A DNA stretch of 64,000 nucleotides from assembly GCA_040954595.2 (NCBI GenBank), contig CM082580.2, positions 8,968,390-9,032,389 of the forward strand, read 5' to 3'. Source of the stretch: Balanoglossus misakiensis (lineage: Eukaryota; Animalia; Hemichordata). Under the pieces are notes generated by a model, which saw nothing but the letters and a program-made list of their open reading frames with translations, did not search any database and was not told the origin of the DNA. Made by a program: the position numbers and the translations under genes. The number at the start of each line of letters is the position of its first letter. Within the stretch, counting starts at the first letter, position 1. This document shows, in pieces, positions 1 through 32,995 of this stretch.

Positions 1-45
1 TTCAACCACTTTCGGATCACCGCTATTCTCGTCTGTGTCCGCCAT
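1..45 (-). CDS. Probable first coding exon of an unidentified gene running off the left edge (MADTDENSGDPKVVE...)
   Basis: Minus-strand CCAAC-ATG-GCGG start context (ATG at 45-43); frame open to the window edge; head-to-head with EFCAB1. Too short to identify. Confidence 0.4.
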   Translation of the reverse strand, partial: MADTDENSGDPKVVE

Positions 46-389
46 GTTGGAATGGTCAGACAGCCGGCCTCTTTCAAGTAATTTTTAATCAAAGAATATA
101 ATTTCTAAATATTCATGACGACCACACAATGTCGCACTATATATGCAACTTATAGTCTTTCCTAAAATGCTTTTACTTTTGGAAAAGAAAAGATTTAAAC
201 ACTGACGATATTTATATCAGTGTATGAGCCTCATTTCCTGTGAACAGCATTGTGGTCCTGGAGATGGAAGCCATTTTGTTGCTCATGCGCACTGTACTTG
301 ACGACCAAAACAAAGCAACAAGTTTAGTGTTCGTCTGCCCGTCGCCTACCAACCCCTCTGTGGTACATTTCAACTTCTATCCTCTCAAA

Positions 390-2273
390 ATGTCAACTTC
401 CATCCAAAAGAAGAATACAGAGAAGAAGCTCGTTGAGCAGCTGTTTAAGGAGACGCATTGTAAGCGTGGATTTCCTTTTCAACCCCAACAACTTCGTATC
501 TGATTGCGTCCCCATCCCCACTGAAGTCAGAATGTCAACATTCGGAGATCTACGATAAAACTGGCAATACTGTAGCACTTGAATTGAACTACGTGTTTGG
601 AAAACCGTGAAATCAGTCTCCAACTATCCATTGCAGTGTTTATAATGCCTCCATTATATACTAGTAACCTACATGCAGTTACAGATCAGTTAGATGCTGA
701 TAAATGCATAGTGCATCAGTTTATCTGTTGCTACACAATATTTACAACTTACAAGATCACTTTCATATATTTTTTTACTTCAGTTACCAGACAAGAAATT
801 GAAGCACTGATGGGAGACTTCAAGCAAGTATTAAAAGACAAAATGACCAAGCTTGACAGGAACACATTCCGTGACCTCCTTCATAACACATTCAATATGA
901 CAGATGACATTCTTATGGACAGAGGTATTCAGCCATTTCACATTGTATGGGCCGGGTGGGGGACAGTTGTCAGTTATTGACATTGATTTGTACTTGACTT
1001 AACTTGACTTATCTAATTTTTGAAATGTCAAAGTTGTTGTCATGCCTCCAAATATGAGGGGTCATGTGTGCAATCCCTTACAACCTCAAGGTTAACAGTA
1101 CTCATTTATAGGATGGCCATCTGTACCATGAAGAGTGGTATTGCCAAAAGAATAAACAACATTATTACATTATATACTTTTTCCTCAAACAAAGAGTCTA
1201 ATATAGTAAATTAATAATGTGGTCTGCTATGTTCCAGTGTTCCGGGCGTTTGACAAGGATAACGACAGTTATGTAAGCCAGACAGAGTGGGTCAAGGGAC
1301 TTTCGGTGTTTCTCAGAGGAAATACAGAAGAAAATACACTATGTAAGTAAAATGGCATTAAACACATGATTCCAACTGATGCAGCTTGATCACTGATTTT
1401 CTTCGTGACAATTAAAAAAAAATATTTCAGAGTTCAATCTCATACAAATCCTGTTAGTTATGCAAAGCCATAAACTAATGTACACTCAAATTTTGAATGG
1501 CACTCTCGTCTGCTCTCTCTCTCTCTGCAGTTTGTTTTGATGTCTACGATTTAAACAGTGATGGCTATATCTCGAGAGAAGAAATGTTTCACATGTTAAA
1601 AACCAGTATGGTCAAACAGCCGACAGAGGAAGACCCCGATGAGGGAATCAAAGATTTAGTAGAAATCACGTTAAAGAAGATGGTAGGTGTTCATAATGGT
1701 GCCATGTATTTGAAGTTTATTTCAAAAATACCACAACGTGTTAAAATTAGAAGTATATTAAGCTGTACAGAGCAAAATAAATCAGGAAGTAAAACGAAAT
1801 ATTGTAATGTACACAAGAAAAGTGACATAAAATTGCAAAGCTACAGGAGATCATGATTCTGACTACTTAAGTGAAAATTTATATCTCCCTCTCGATTTCA
1901 GGATTTGGATCATGATAGCAGGCTTTCATATAATGACTTTAAGAAATCTACTGAAGAGGAACCGTTGCTTCTGGAGGCTTTTGGACCATGCCTTCCTGAC
2001 GCAAAGGTGAGGGCAGCTGACACGTCTTGGCTTTCACTAAGATATAGAACAGCAAAAATAGTGAAATATTCATCAAAAATTACAGCTACTCAATCCCTTG
2101 AACTAAAAGTGATGAACAGCACTTCTGAAGGCAACACCTTTATCATGACATCAGTGGTTGTATAATTTTAATTCTTTTTTTTTACCCAACAGAGCAAAGC
2201 AGCATACCTTCAGACATTCTCAGATACACCTGACTACAATGACAGTGATAAAAACAAGAAGAGCAAGAAATAA
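390..2273 (+). CDS. EFCAB1: Calaxin / EF-hand calcium-binding domain protein 1 (217 aa, 6 exons)
   Basis: Exons 390-459, 784-924, 1238-1342, 1531-1682, 1902-2006, 2193-2273, all GT-AG and in frame. EF-hand loops [27 protein letters not shown]. Family motifs [25 protein letters not shown] and [10 protein letters not shown]. Confidence 0.93.
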
Positions 2274-2549
2274 TACACGGGAAAAATAAAGAGAGGGAAA
2301 GGAAAACTAACACCAAAACTTTTTGGATAACCAGTTGCAAGACTTGTCAAGGACGTTTCATGTTTTTCCGTAATGCAGTTTACATGGAGAGATGGACCGT
2401 TTTGAACTATGATAGTAATTTAAAAGCTGCCAAACTCTCAGTTGGACTGTTCATTTTGCATTGGTGAAAATTTAATTAAAACAGAGATTAATCGGAATGG
2501 GCCAGCTCAGTGTAGAATTAGCCTGCTTTCATGGTCATCTGTCAATGGG

Positions 2550-2565
2550 AATAAATGATTTTATT
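2550..2565. terminator. Back-to-back polyadenylation signals (AATAAA on + at 2550-2555; AATAAA on - at 2565-2560)
   Basis: Sequence AATAAA-TGAT-TTTATT lies between the convergent stop codons of EFCAB1 (2273) and C2orf76 (2933). Confidence 0.45.
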
Positions 2566-2932
2566 CACACTGTGTACAAGGTAGGTTAGGCTTGGTGGAG
2601 ATTTGTGAAAAACACTTGTATACATGATCCTACACATCCATTTAATGTACAATTGCAGTAGGGAAGCCCTTTTTGAAATGGTATCCCATGATGTATTATA
2701 AGAGGTTACGCAACATGTACCTATGTTAGTGGTTTGTAGTCAGTTCTGGTAAATATTTTCCTTAACATTACATTGTTGAATTCATTGTTCTGCGCTCACT
2801 GTATATATTTTACAATAAAATTATTATTCAATGTCAGCATTGGTGTGTTGGTGCATCCACATGTGTCAGATATTCTCATTTCTTTGGCAGATCTTCTGGC
2901 GCTTTGCAATACCTGTTGTCTTTTTTCCCCAG

Positions 2933-3983
2933 TCACCATGTCATCGATGGGTCAGCTTTGTACTTCTCATAGTCTTTTAGATTGAAATAAGAAAGTTCTG
3001 TTTCATGCGCTGGGAAAGCAAGAAAGGATGGAAAAACACAATGTATAAGAACTGAGCCTGATGTGGAAAATGATGTACTGGTTGTGACTAGGGAGTTATA
3101 AAGGCTGCACTCATAAGTAAAAGGCATACACAAACATAAACCATACACACCTATTCAGCCTGGACACAGAGGCTGCTATTATGAAAAGTTCTTGGCTGAA
3201 TCATATAAACCATTACTATATACTATTTTCTTTCTTTCTGGTTCTTATTCTTCATATACATGTATATGAAAAGTGAGCTTACCAACACCACAGTCCTGTA
3301 ATGTCAAATCGTCTTTCAGGATCAATTTATCATCATCTTCAAGGTTAATGACAAGGTCATTTGGCTTGTAAAATAAAGAAGAATTGTCTGTTCAAAACAA
3401 AGTCTGTATCAATTCAGATTCACACATAATGGTTTCTCTGCCACCTAACGATTGTGGATTGGGATGCATGAATCTTGATAGATATTGAAATACTAATTAC
3501 ATGTAGTACCTTTGTGCCATGGGCTTTGTGCAAGATCTTCATGGTGTCATAACTATATTTCCGTATTGGTGGAGGCAGCCCAGGTCTCACTTGAATTTCT
3601 ATTAAATATTCAAAAAGTTTGTTCATTAAGGACTGAGTTCTATAACCATTACTGTTATTTTACTTCATTATAATTCTTTGTGGCAGTAAAGTGTACATTT
3701 TGTATCTTGAAATTCTGTCAACATGAGATTTTTATCAGTAGTAAAAATCAACGTCAAAATATTAATTAATTGCTCGTGTGATAGTAACATCTGAAGTTAT
3801 ACTTTATTGACAGTAAATGTTTATGTCATCTCTTGGAAAAGCAAACAAAAAAATAATGTCACCTCTGTTGACAATATCCAGGAATTCTTTTGTTGTAAGT
3901 TCGAGGTCTATATCCCTGAAGACAACTAACTTGATATTTCGGTGTTCGAAAGAACGGATGAGACGAACAGTCAATGTTGCCAT
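2933..3983 (-). CDS. C2orf76: UPF0538 protein C2orf76 homolog (122 aa, 4 exons)
   Basis: Exons 3983-3863, 3598-3510, 3364-3283, 3009-2933. Translation MATLTVRLIRSFEHRNIK...LPPPIRKYSYDTMKILHKAHGTKPNDLVINLEDDDKLIL...HETELSYFNLKDYEKYKADPSMTW matches the family pattern TVRLIRSFEHRN...ETEI.FF...Y..YKANP...W. Confidence 0.92.
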
Positions 3984-4468
3984 GGTGAAGATACCAACGA
4001 CGCTATGACAGGTGAGAGTCAGCTGTTCACTTGTCCTCAGTGACTGAAGTATACGGCAAGTAACTTTACAGTGATTGGGCGATGCTGTGGTTAAAGAACA
4101 ATGTGCGAATCAGAAACAAAACACTCGTTGGGGAAAATAAATGAAAACCTGTGTTGTTGTTGATGAGAATGCTGTGTATTCCAGCTCATAGCACCACACA
4201 TATGTTGACACCATTTACGTGTGATTGCGACGTCTGTCACCCTTTTACGGACTCGGCACATACTAATATGGCTTGGTTTCTACGTTATTTTTACATATAG
4301 TTTTCTTTATTTCTGAGAATTAAGCCACACTAAGATTTTTTTCTTTAACTTCCTCTTGAATATTGACTCTGCGTGTAATTTCACTGTTTGTAAGGGTATT
4401 GCGATACACCACGAATCTTTCATATGCGACTCACCCCTATAAATCAAATGGTTCGAACTGAGGTCAAA
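3984..4468. promoter_or_regulatory. Bidirectional promoter region between C2orf76 (-) and SMARCD (+)
   Basis: Divergent start codons are only 485 bp apart. YY1-type AANATGGCGGC motifs overlap both SMARCD ATGs (4469 and 4490). Confidence 0.6.
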
Positions 4469-24011
<19,543 letters not shown>

Positions 24012-27000
24012 GCAGTTCAATAGATACTTCAGGGGGTGGCGTTGTTTAGAATGTAGCGGTATTTTTTACGTTGTTAGTATATTGAGTAGAGTAGCGATAG
24101 TTCAGTTACAAGTAGAAACACATCTGTGCATACATGAAATGTTGGTGTAACATTGTATTGTCATATGAAGTGCAGCATTTGAATCATTCTTTATAATCTT
24201 ATATCTTCAATGTTTGTGTCAATCAAGATCAAATTATGTGAAATTGGGCATTAATTGTATTGTTATTAATGGGCTCTCACAATGTCCACGCTGCGATTGC
24301 TGGCTACACACACAAAGACAAATTTATTTTTGTAAGATTTCGAGAAAAAGGGACAATTGAAGTAATGCGTGTTCTGCATCCATGTTGTGAAAACACCAGG
24401 TGGACTTGTGACTTGCCCCAACATTTCTAAGCTGTCCAAGAACATGTACGAGTACAGTCAACTCTTTACCCATTTGATTTTTCGTAATATATGAATAAAA
24501 ACTCATGTCTTTGTAAATGGGTGATTGTATTTATTACCATTTAGATGTCAATTGTGTTTTTGTCTTTACTTTGATGTCAAAACTACTAAGTACAATGTAC
24601 TTCACTGCCTTCAAATATTTTTTTTTTTGAAAACAGTAAAATGGACCAATTTGTTGTGTGTGAGTCGGAAATCTGGTACCATGTTCTTGAGATGGGGCCA
24701 GGAAGTTATAAGATTATGTTTGTCCCCAAAACAGGTTAGAACAAAGTAGCACAGTGAGACATATTATATGTACAGCGTCGATTTTCTTCGAAGTAAAAAG
24801 AATCAAATAGTCTTGTACACATTGTGTTTCCTTGCTTGAAAAAAATTCATGTAAGCCGACTTGGTTCATTGTAATTTTCTTGTGAGATTTTCTAAAGAAG
24901 TGACAAGCCCTAATACATTTTGTAAGTCTGAAATATTTTTTCCAGAAAAGAGTCAATCTTGTCAAAGATTTTTTTTTTTACTTCAGCAATTTATTTGCTC
25001 GAGATTTCTTTCTCTCCTGATTCTAATAAATTCAAATAAATGTCTTATTTCTCAGAATTGTGTGTGATTGTGTGTTGTGTATTAAAACTCTACAAAAGGC
25101 CGATAGGTTTACCCTGTGACAGATAGCACACAATTTTTGTATTAAATTCACCATTTTTTTAATTATTTGAATACATTAACATGGCACATCGTTCAATATA
25201 AAAACATAAGCAATGTCCTAGTGCTTTTAACTGCATTCGGAGAAGGATTCAGTAACAAAGTTATCCAACAACCCTGCTCAGCATACTAGTACATTGCTAA
25301 AACATTTAACATCTGAACATTTAGTTCACAATAACACTAGAAACCTACATTAAAAGAAATCCATATTTAGAATTGGTGCTACAGGAACCTGGCTGAATAA
25401 CGAACAGAAAATAAACCCTTTGAACACAATCATTGCTAGGGGATTCTGTACTGTAAGTGTTCTGATTTTTTGTGCCAAGTACAATTAGAACTCTGCATAA
25501 ATATCAGACGTGGAAAACCATCGTTGCATGGTTATGTAACGTTGTATGAGTTAATTTTATTACATCTTGCAGATCAATACTGTCATGAGATAAAGTAACA
25601 ATCTTTACTTTCACTGGTTAGATTACCAGTAAAATCGTCAACAGCCGAACTTTTCTCAGTATTGGGGGGGGGGGGGGGGGCATATTGTCTATCTGCATAC
25701 CTCTTGAAAGACTAAAAAGTTAATATATTTCATGAGATTAAAATTAAAATGAAGTATAAGAAATATCACATGATAACATGAGGTTAAAATGCCAGGTATC
25801 TTTCATGACTTATGCATGTATGTAAATGGTTACATTAAGCCAATATGTTTATGAAAGAGTCTGAAATGACGATATATGAATTTTACAAAATATTTCAATA
25901 AGACACGAAAATCATGGATTGTCAGTATTATATTCCAATTTACAGAAGAACCTTGTACGTTTGAATATCAAAAATCCAAAAGTAGTGCAACAGATATTGT
26001 ACGAGAGATCCATGTTATTAAGTTTAATTGGGAATGAATGAATGAATGAATGAATGAATGAAATTGTTCTCAGGTTTTATGAATTTGATTTGTGGGCCAC
26101 AATCATTCCAATTACTGTAGTTTCAAGATTACGCAACTTTTTTCAGCCTATATTCTTTGCCAAAGATTTTTTTTCACCCATTAGCATGTTCTGGAACAGT
26201 GAGCGATGAGGCCCTTGAACTGGCATGATTTATTCCAAACCAAACAAAGGACTTGAAATAATGAAAATTGTTTATTTTTACCAAACAAAATCATATTGTA
26301 TTGATTTTGTTTGGTGAACTGCCAAATATGCTAATTTTCACCTGAGAGGTCTTATATCTACAACCAAACACCCTCGCTGGCTGTTTATAACCTCTAAATA
26401 TCATGTATGCGTCACTGACTAGTAGACAGCGTCCTCTATGGCAGAAAATAACTTTCTATTCCACAGATAATAACATAAAGCAGAATAGACCTCATGAAGG
26501 ACAGCTGTTTACTTCTGGGGTTGCTACAATCAGTCACTCCATCTCAACTGACCTCTAACCCCTGACCTTACAACACAATCCCCAGGATTGGTTGAACGAA
26601 CACGGGCCTACTGGTCATTTCTCTGAATAAATCTATCTTGCACAGCAAACACTGTACACAATAAGTAAACAGTTGTAAAAAGCTTACAAAGAGATCATTT
26701 AGTTGTGTGTTGTTTTTAAAAAAGACTAGTACAAAGAGACAAACATAAGCACAGTATATATTCAAATACCAGAAGACCATAGTCAGATTAGTGCAATAAG
26801 AAACGTTTCACTTGGTGTAAATTGTTGCGAGACTTAAAAAATGTGTTCCTTGAGTATTACCATTACGTTCTACAGCGAGATGTAGTACCTGATATGTCTG
26901 ATATATTGGGCTTTTTTTCTTAAAGAGCTGATCATTTGATCACCCGACTCGCAGGAAACAAAGAGAAAAGGTTCTTCCGGATATTGTGCCTTTCCTGGAC

Positions 27001-27093
27001 AGCAGGAACAGATAATTCTGGAATTTTTTTACTACTCCTGAGGAGGTGAGTTGTTCGGGGGGTCTGCGTGCGTGTACGTGCGTGGAATCGGTC

Positions 27094-30000
27094 TTACGAC
27101 GATGCGTGCACTTGATTACTGCCGGCGTTCGGCATTGCCATCATGGGCGCGTTGTTCACCGTGGTTTCGTAGGGGGGCAGCTGCGCGACCGGTCCTTGGT
27201 ATTGTGGGAACGGTTGCTGCTGCGGAGGAGGAGGGTAGAAGGTGCCCGGGGGGTAGTAAGGCGGGGCGGGAGACTGGCCCTCCTCCGCTTTCGGGTACAT
27301 GTGTGGTTTGGAGGTCACCTGAGAAGAACAACAAAAGAGAATGTCTTTATTATTATTTTTTTGACATGAAACTTGAATCTGTGACACACAAAAAAAAATA
27401 GTTTGTTGGACCACACTGCAGAATCTTATCTGCAGGGCATCAGAGATCCCCCCCCCCCCCCCACTTCCCTAAGTACATATACACATGTACATATACCTGT
27501 GTTAAGATACTTAGGGGAAAATGAACATTTGAAAATCACCGAGTCAGTGAGTATGCGTCCATATGAAAACAAAATGCCATTGACAAAAAAAAATATGAAG
27601 AATGTGAAAATTTAAGAAATGACTGTGTACCTCATTGTATGGTGGTGGGGCAGGGAACGTTCCGCAAGGGGGTGGTGGTGGGGCCTGCTGTATGTACGGA
27701 TCTCGGGGTGGCACGGTGTGTGTCGTCGCTGAAGCAAAAACCACTGTTCTTGGTGCCCCGCGGCGCTGAATCAAAACCTGTCGTCGTCTGTAGTATCCGC
27801 AACCACCGAAACATGCCATCAGGACAAACACCACAATGCACCTGAAACAAATTATCTCATGATTGATCCTTAACTCTCATTTTGATTGGAAACAAGACTG
27901 TAGTCCGATGTTTGTAGAAACCAGTCCAAGAACTGTATTTGTATATAAACTCAGAAAAAACCCTAAAACAACAGCTCAAAGCACTATTTTTGAAACTGAA
28001 AAACATCTAGACTTCTCCAGTCTCTCGTTAATCACGAACCAAAGGTAGCCCGTACGTGTAAGGTCACTCAAATGTTGTCTTCAGCTGTGGTTATTGAAAG
28101 GCATGATGCTGGAGGCTAGGGCTAAGTCTCATTTATTATAGATGGAAGCCAAAAGTCAAAACCTGAAACTGCCAGGGGCAAATCCACAGACAGACAGGCA
28201 GCCAGCCAGACAGACTGGCGAAATTGTTGATGGCAATTACAAAATGAGACTGCAATATCAACATACACATGTCTAACTGATATACACACACACACACATA
28301 TATAATTTTGATGGCAATGAAAAGAGACAGGATAAGATGAGACTATACTGACCAGAAATACCACATGCTCCAGAAACTGTAGTGATTGTAGGCCCTGCAA
28401 CATGTATGGCTACAACAGTACTCCGGCGAATGACAACTGAAATTCAGAAACACAACACCAATATTCCAAGCAACTAAAAATATCACTACATGTACCAGTA
28501 AATAGATACAGTAGACAAAATAAAAACCATTGTGCTGGTCACAAGAAGATGACTAGGTGTAATACGATCATGAAATAATTTGAATTTGAAAATAAAATGA
28601 CATTGTGAGTGGTTTACCTGTGTCCATATCCTGCGCAATATTCGCCAGCAACCTGGATAAAAATAAAATTACTCATACCATGAATATAAAATTATTTGTT
28701 ATATGTACACATGACAAACACACATTATACAATGTATATACAGAGAGGATCTGAAAATATGTGTGTGTGTGTGTGTGTGTATTAACTGGAAGTGATGTTC
28801 TGTATAGGCAGGTTTCTACATTAGACAGGGTCCAGCTTAGACAGGCAAATTTTCTCAGTGAATGTTTTGCCAACTGCCTATACAGGCTCATACAGTCATA
28901 ACTTTTTCACAGGAAATACTCTTGAAGTTCAACTGTGAAGTTGACCCTGCAGGTTTCAGATTTTGCTGAACTCCTACATTCAGTATCCCATCAGCACTCT
29001 TGAATAGCGCCAATCAGTACTATGCATCAAGATTCTTAACCGGTTCATATATCACAAACGCTCTCCTACTATCTGCAAATGCTACATTGAGGTCATGTAA
29101 CATTACAGATAACCATATCAGTTTCAAATCAGAAATAATAAACTGCATGTACGACGTTATCACCCGACTCGGTATTTTCAATATTGATACTTCCATTAAA
29201 AGGCTTCGGATCTGTATAGCGGCCAGGGAACTTGCGGCTGTGTAGTCTGGTAGTCATGGCTACTGTTCATTAAAGCAGACAATGTGTGAGTGTGTGTGCG
29301 CACGTATGAAATCATGAAGGCGGACAGCATCCTACAGTAGAATGCGATCATCAGAATAATGCCTGCGTCCACTGCTTAGCATCCCAAAATGTAAAAGTTC
29401 ATTTTTTTTCTTCAAAAGCTGAAATTTTACAATCTCTGCTAAGGGCGAAATGTCAATGTGCGACATATGGTATACAGAGCGACTTAGTGAAACCATAGCA
29501 GCGAGAAAGTCTGGGACGTCTTCAAGCACAAAAAGGTATTTCAACTAAATCGAATTTAATAACCTGAAGTGCATAGGATTCGATTGCTTTGCTGGCCAAG
29601 TCTTGCATGATTACACACGGCTGCATATCATCTATCATTGACACATAGAAAGGAAAGTACTTCCTTGTACTATAAGTTGTTTGGTAGATGAAACAATTTG
29701 ACCCTTTTCTTGGCTGAGCAAAAAACATTTCGGCCCACCATAGACTGCTCAATGCAAAAAGAAATCCATAGAGATATGCCTGTTTTTCATTGTGTCAGTT
29801 AAACACCAGATTGTGAAGTTATGAGTTCTCCATATTTGCTGGGGGCAAGGCTTTAGCTTTATTCTAAATGAAAATACATGAAAATGAAAATTAAGACATA
29901 AAAGCACTGAACCCATACATGTCTGAGGTCACAACTAAGTTAATTTTGATGAGAGAGTTTGCCTGTGGACTAAGCAATCACTCATGCGAAAAAAAAAATG

Positions 30001-32078
30001 CAAAATTAGTAATTACGGAAATTGGCTCTGTGCTATAAACCAAGTTAAGATGGGGCACCCGTATCTTTTTGCCCGTTGCTATGGGCCTTTATTTAAAAGT
30101 TTGTTGCTGACAGTTGATTTCTTTTAATTTTGTTCATGAATTCAATGCCACAGTTTTCAGAGCGAGTGTGAGGGTATACACACTGCAATGTAACAAAAAA
30201 TGCCAAATTCTGACATTGACCCCCCCCCCCCCCCCTTGTGACCTTCACAACCTGGTCCTTTTTGTTGCTTGTGGTTTTTCACCTTCAGCTTTCTAAACTT
30301 GTAGAAAGTGAACAGCCAGAAGGCTACCATTGAAAACACATCAGTGTAAGGTCACACAGAGGTCATGACAATGGCCAACTTACCCTGGCAACCTGTCAGT
30401 AAGATGTGCGTTAAACCTTATTTGACTGATAGTTATATTTCAAGAGTATATGATACAAAATGGGAAACAACAGTTTAACTATCAAGACACACAGACACAA
30501 ACAAACAAAGATAAACAGAGAGACACCGACAGACAGACAGAAACAGTGTTTAGTGCATTGGTATTTGCTACCACACACAATAAACCATGCAATAATGTGG
30601 TTACATGATGTTGATATATATTGAAATATAATGAGCTGCTATTGTGACATGATTATTCATGGTATTGGTATATACATGTATGAACACTTGATCCATGCCA
30701 GGTAATTATGCCATGCAAATCTTTTGTGTTTGTCCCTTCAACATGTTCAAGGCATCAACCGACTAACTTGTTTGTGCATTTTCTATATTCGAAAAGCACA
30801 GTGAAAGTTTGCCAGCCCACACATGAATTTGGGGTTTTATTACCATACAGAATTAGAGCAAAGAATTTCATGGTGCCACTAGGAACATGCCTATCATTGT
30901 TTCACTGCCATTTTCTGCTCCTAATAAGACATATTTAGGTCAGAGATTTTTGAGCACAGAATTTGGTACCGAGACCCAACCTTGCCTCAACTATAGTTAA
31001 TTGCCATCTGTGCATATTTGACCGCCATATTTTTGTAGTTCAGAAAATACGCTGGCAATTTCCACATTTTTTTGCTTAATTGAGCCAATTTTCACTGAAA
31101 ATAGTCTGTGTGTCTGTTAATAATTCACCCAGTTCCCAGAATGACTGTCAAGCTTTAATGAAAATCACTCTATTTTTTATAAACTTACACTATTAGGTGA
31201 AAGGGTTATAACTAGACTTTCCAACATGATATTTTTCGGTCAAGATTTGTTGACTAAATATGGATGTAAACAGGTTTTGCGTTATGGACGGTACTGACAT
31301 GTACATGCTGGTAAAATGTTACCGGAATTCCCCTGTGACATTTTAGGGGATTTCTACTGGAATTCCCCCTTTACACATACATTGTGTGTTACTGGGGTCC
31401 CCAGATCATTTACCAAATCCATCCAAGTGAAAGATACACACTATGTACATTTATGTACATTGCATACACCAAGGCCTATTTTTGTTATACATGTACACAG
31501 AAATCATTAATTGTTCACAACAAGTCGTGTGCCGTGTGGGAAAAGTGGTTTTGTGTCACAGAGAAATGACGTGCACCTGACTACTCGAAACCAGCGTCAA
31601 TCTTTTCACGCGGAAGCACAAACAGTCCAAAACAGAGACGACAACAGTAGCCCGACTTGACCCCAAAACAGTGTACGCCAGCGGTGCTGATTCATCAGCG
31701 CGAGTGCGAAGCCATTATTGCAACGCGCGGTGTCTCCTTGTAATTTATAGAGTACAAGAACGACATGTTGTTTTCCCCATCGACAAACAATTCTCAAGGG
31801 TTGCGCCGAAACCCAAGAATACACAAAAAGTCCGAATATTCCCCGACACCCGCATACAGATCGCCATTTACGGACCTTATGCCGCGCCAGTACCCGCCCC
31901 ATCGTACACAAAAGACGGCGATCAATAAACAACTCATCACGTACGTCTAATCTTGAACACGCAAAAGCTCGTGTTCATTCATATTACCGCCGATTCCTTC
32001 GGGGTCGTTTCAAACCTGGCTTACCTCTGAAATAACCAGCGTCAGAAATGAGACCACGATGCTCGGTAAGTAACTCAT
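27094..32078 (-). CDS. VOPP1: VOPP1/WBP1-like (Shisa-like) single-pass membrane protein with PPxY motifs (202 aa, 5 exons)
   Basis: Exons 32078-32025, 28652-28618, 28436-28353, 27841-27631, 27318-27094, in frame. Signal peptide MSYLPSIVVSFLTLVISEVAG; Cys-rich ectodomain EYC...CHSPEYCCSHTCC; WYFW leading into the TM helix; basic RRR; Pro-rich tail with PPPY, PPYY, LPPY. The family call is firmer than the exact orthology. Confidence 0.82.
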
Positions 32079-32561
32079 GTTGTCAAGATTTTCTCTAACG
32101 ATCGACTTTCGTTGTATTTGTGTTGTAATAATAAAGGCGTTCGAATTGACCTGCTGGTGACCCCTACATCATGAATATTATCATGACGTTCAAAGTATGA
32201 CGTCATGCATACAGAATATTCGCGGACACTTGTTTTAGACAAGTTAGAAATCAAACGAGCTGGGGGGGGGGGGGGAATAAAAAGTGAAAAAGTACTAGTT
32301 TTTATCCCTAAAGTATCACATTTCCAGCTCGATGAATCACGCAAGTGTATAGGCCCAAACCAAGTGTCATCTGAGCCTACCAAAACTGCAAACTCTATTA
32401 ATATCGTATGCCCATTTAAATGGTAGAGACGCGCTTTTCACAGTATGACATGAATCATTGGCAAGTATCCTATTCTGATAAAAAAAGTATTCAACAAATA
32501 ATGAAGTCAATTTGTACGATTTGTAAGTGTCATCGATGAGGGCGCGCTATACCCCGAGGTG

Positions 32562-32995
32562 CCATCTATAGTAGACCGAGTCCCATTACTATTTCCATCG
32601 AGTAACCGTAGGTATTAGCATATGGAAGCTTTTAATATGTGACGTCAATCAGTGGGCGGAGCTCAAATGCAAATATAGCGTACCATCTATAGTAGACTGA
32701 GTCCCATTACTATTTCCATCGAGTAACCGTAGGTATTAGCATATGGAAGCTTTTAATATGTGACGTCAATCAGTGGGCGGAGCTCAAATGCAAATATAGC
32801 GTACCATCTATAGTAGACTGAGTCCCATTACTATTTCCATCGAGTAACCGTAGGTATTAGCATATGGAAGCTTTTAATATGTGACGTCAATCAGTGGGCG
32901 GAGCTCAAATGCAAATATAGCGTACCATCTATAGTAGACTGAGTCCCATTACTATTTCCGTTGAGTAACCGTAGGTATTAGCATATAGAAGCTTT
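32562..32995. repeat. 121-bp tandem repeat (about 3.6 copies) containing CRE, GC-box and octamer motifs
   Basis: Units start at 32562, 32683, 32804, 32925 and are near-identical. Each full unit has TGACGTCA, GGGCGG and ATGCAAAT (32640, 32654, 32667 in unit 1). Confidence 0.95.
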
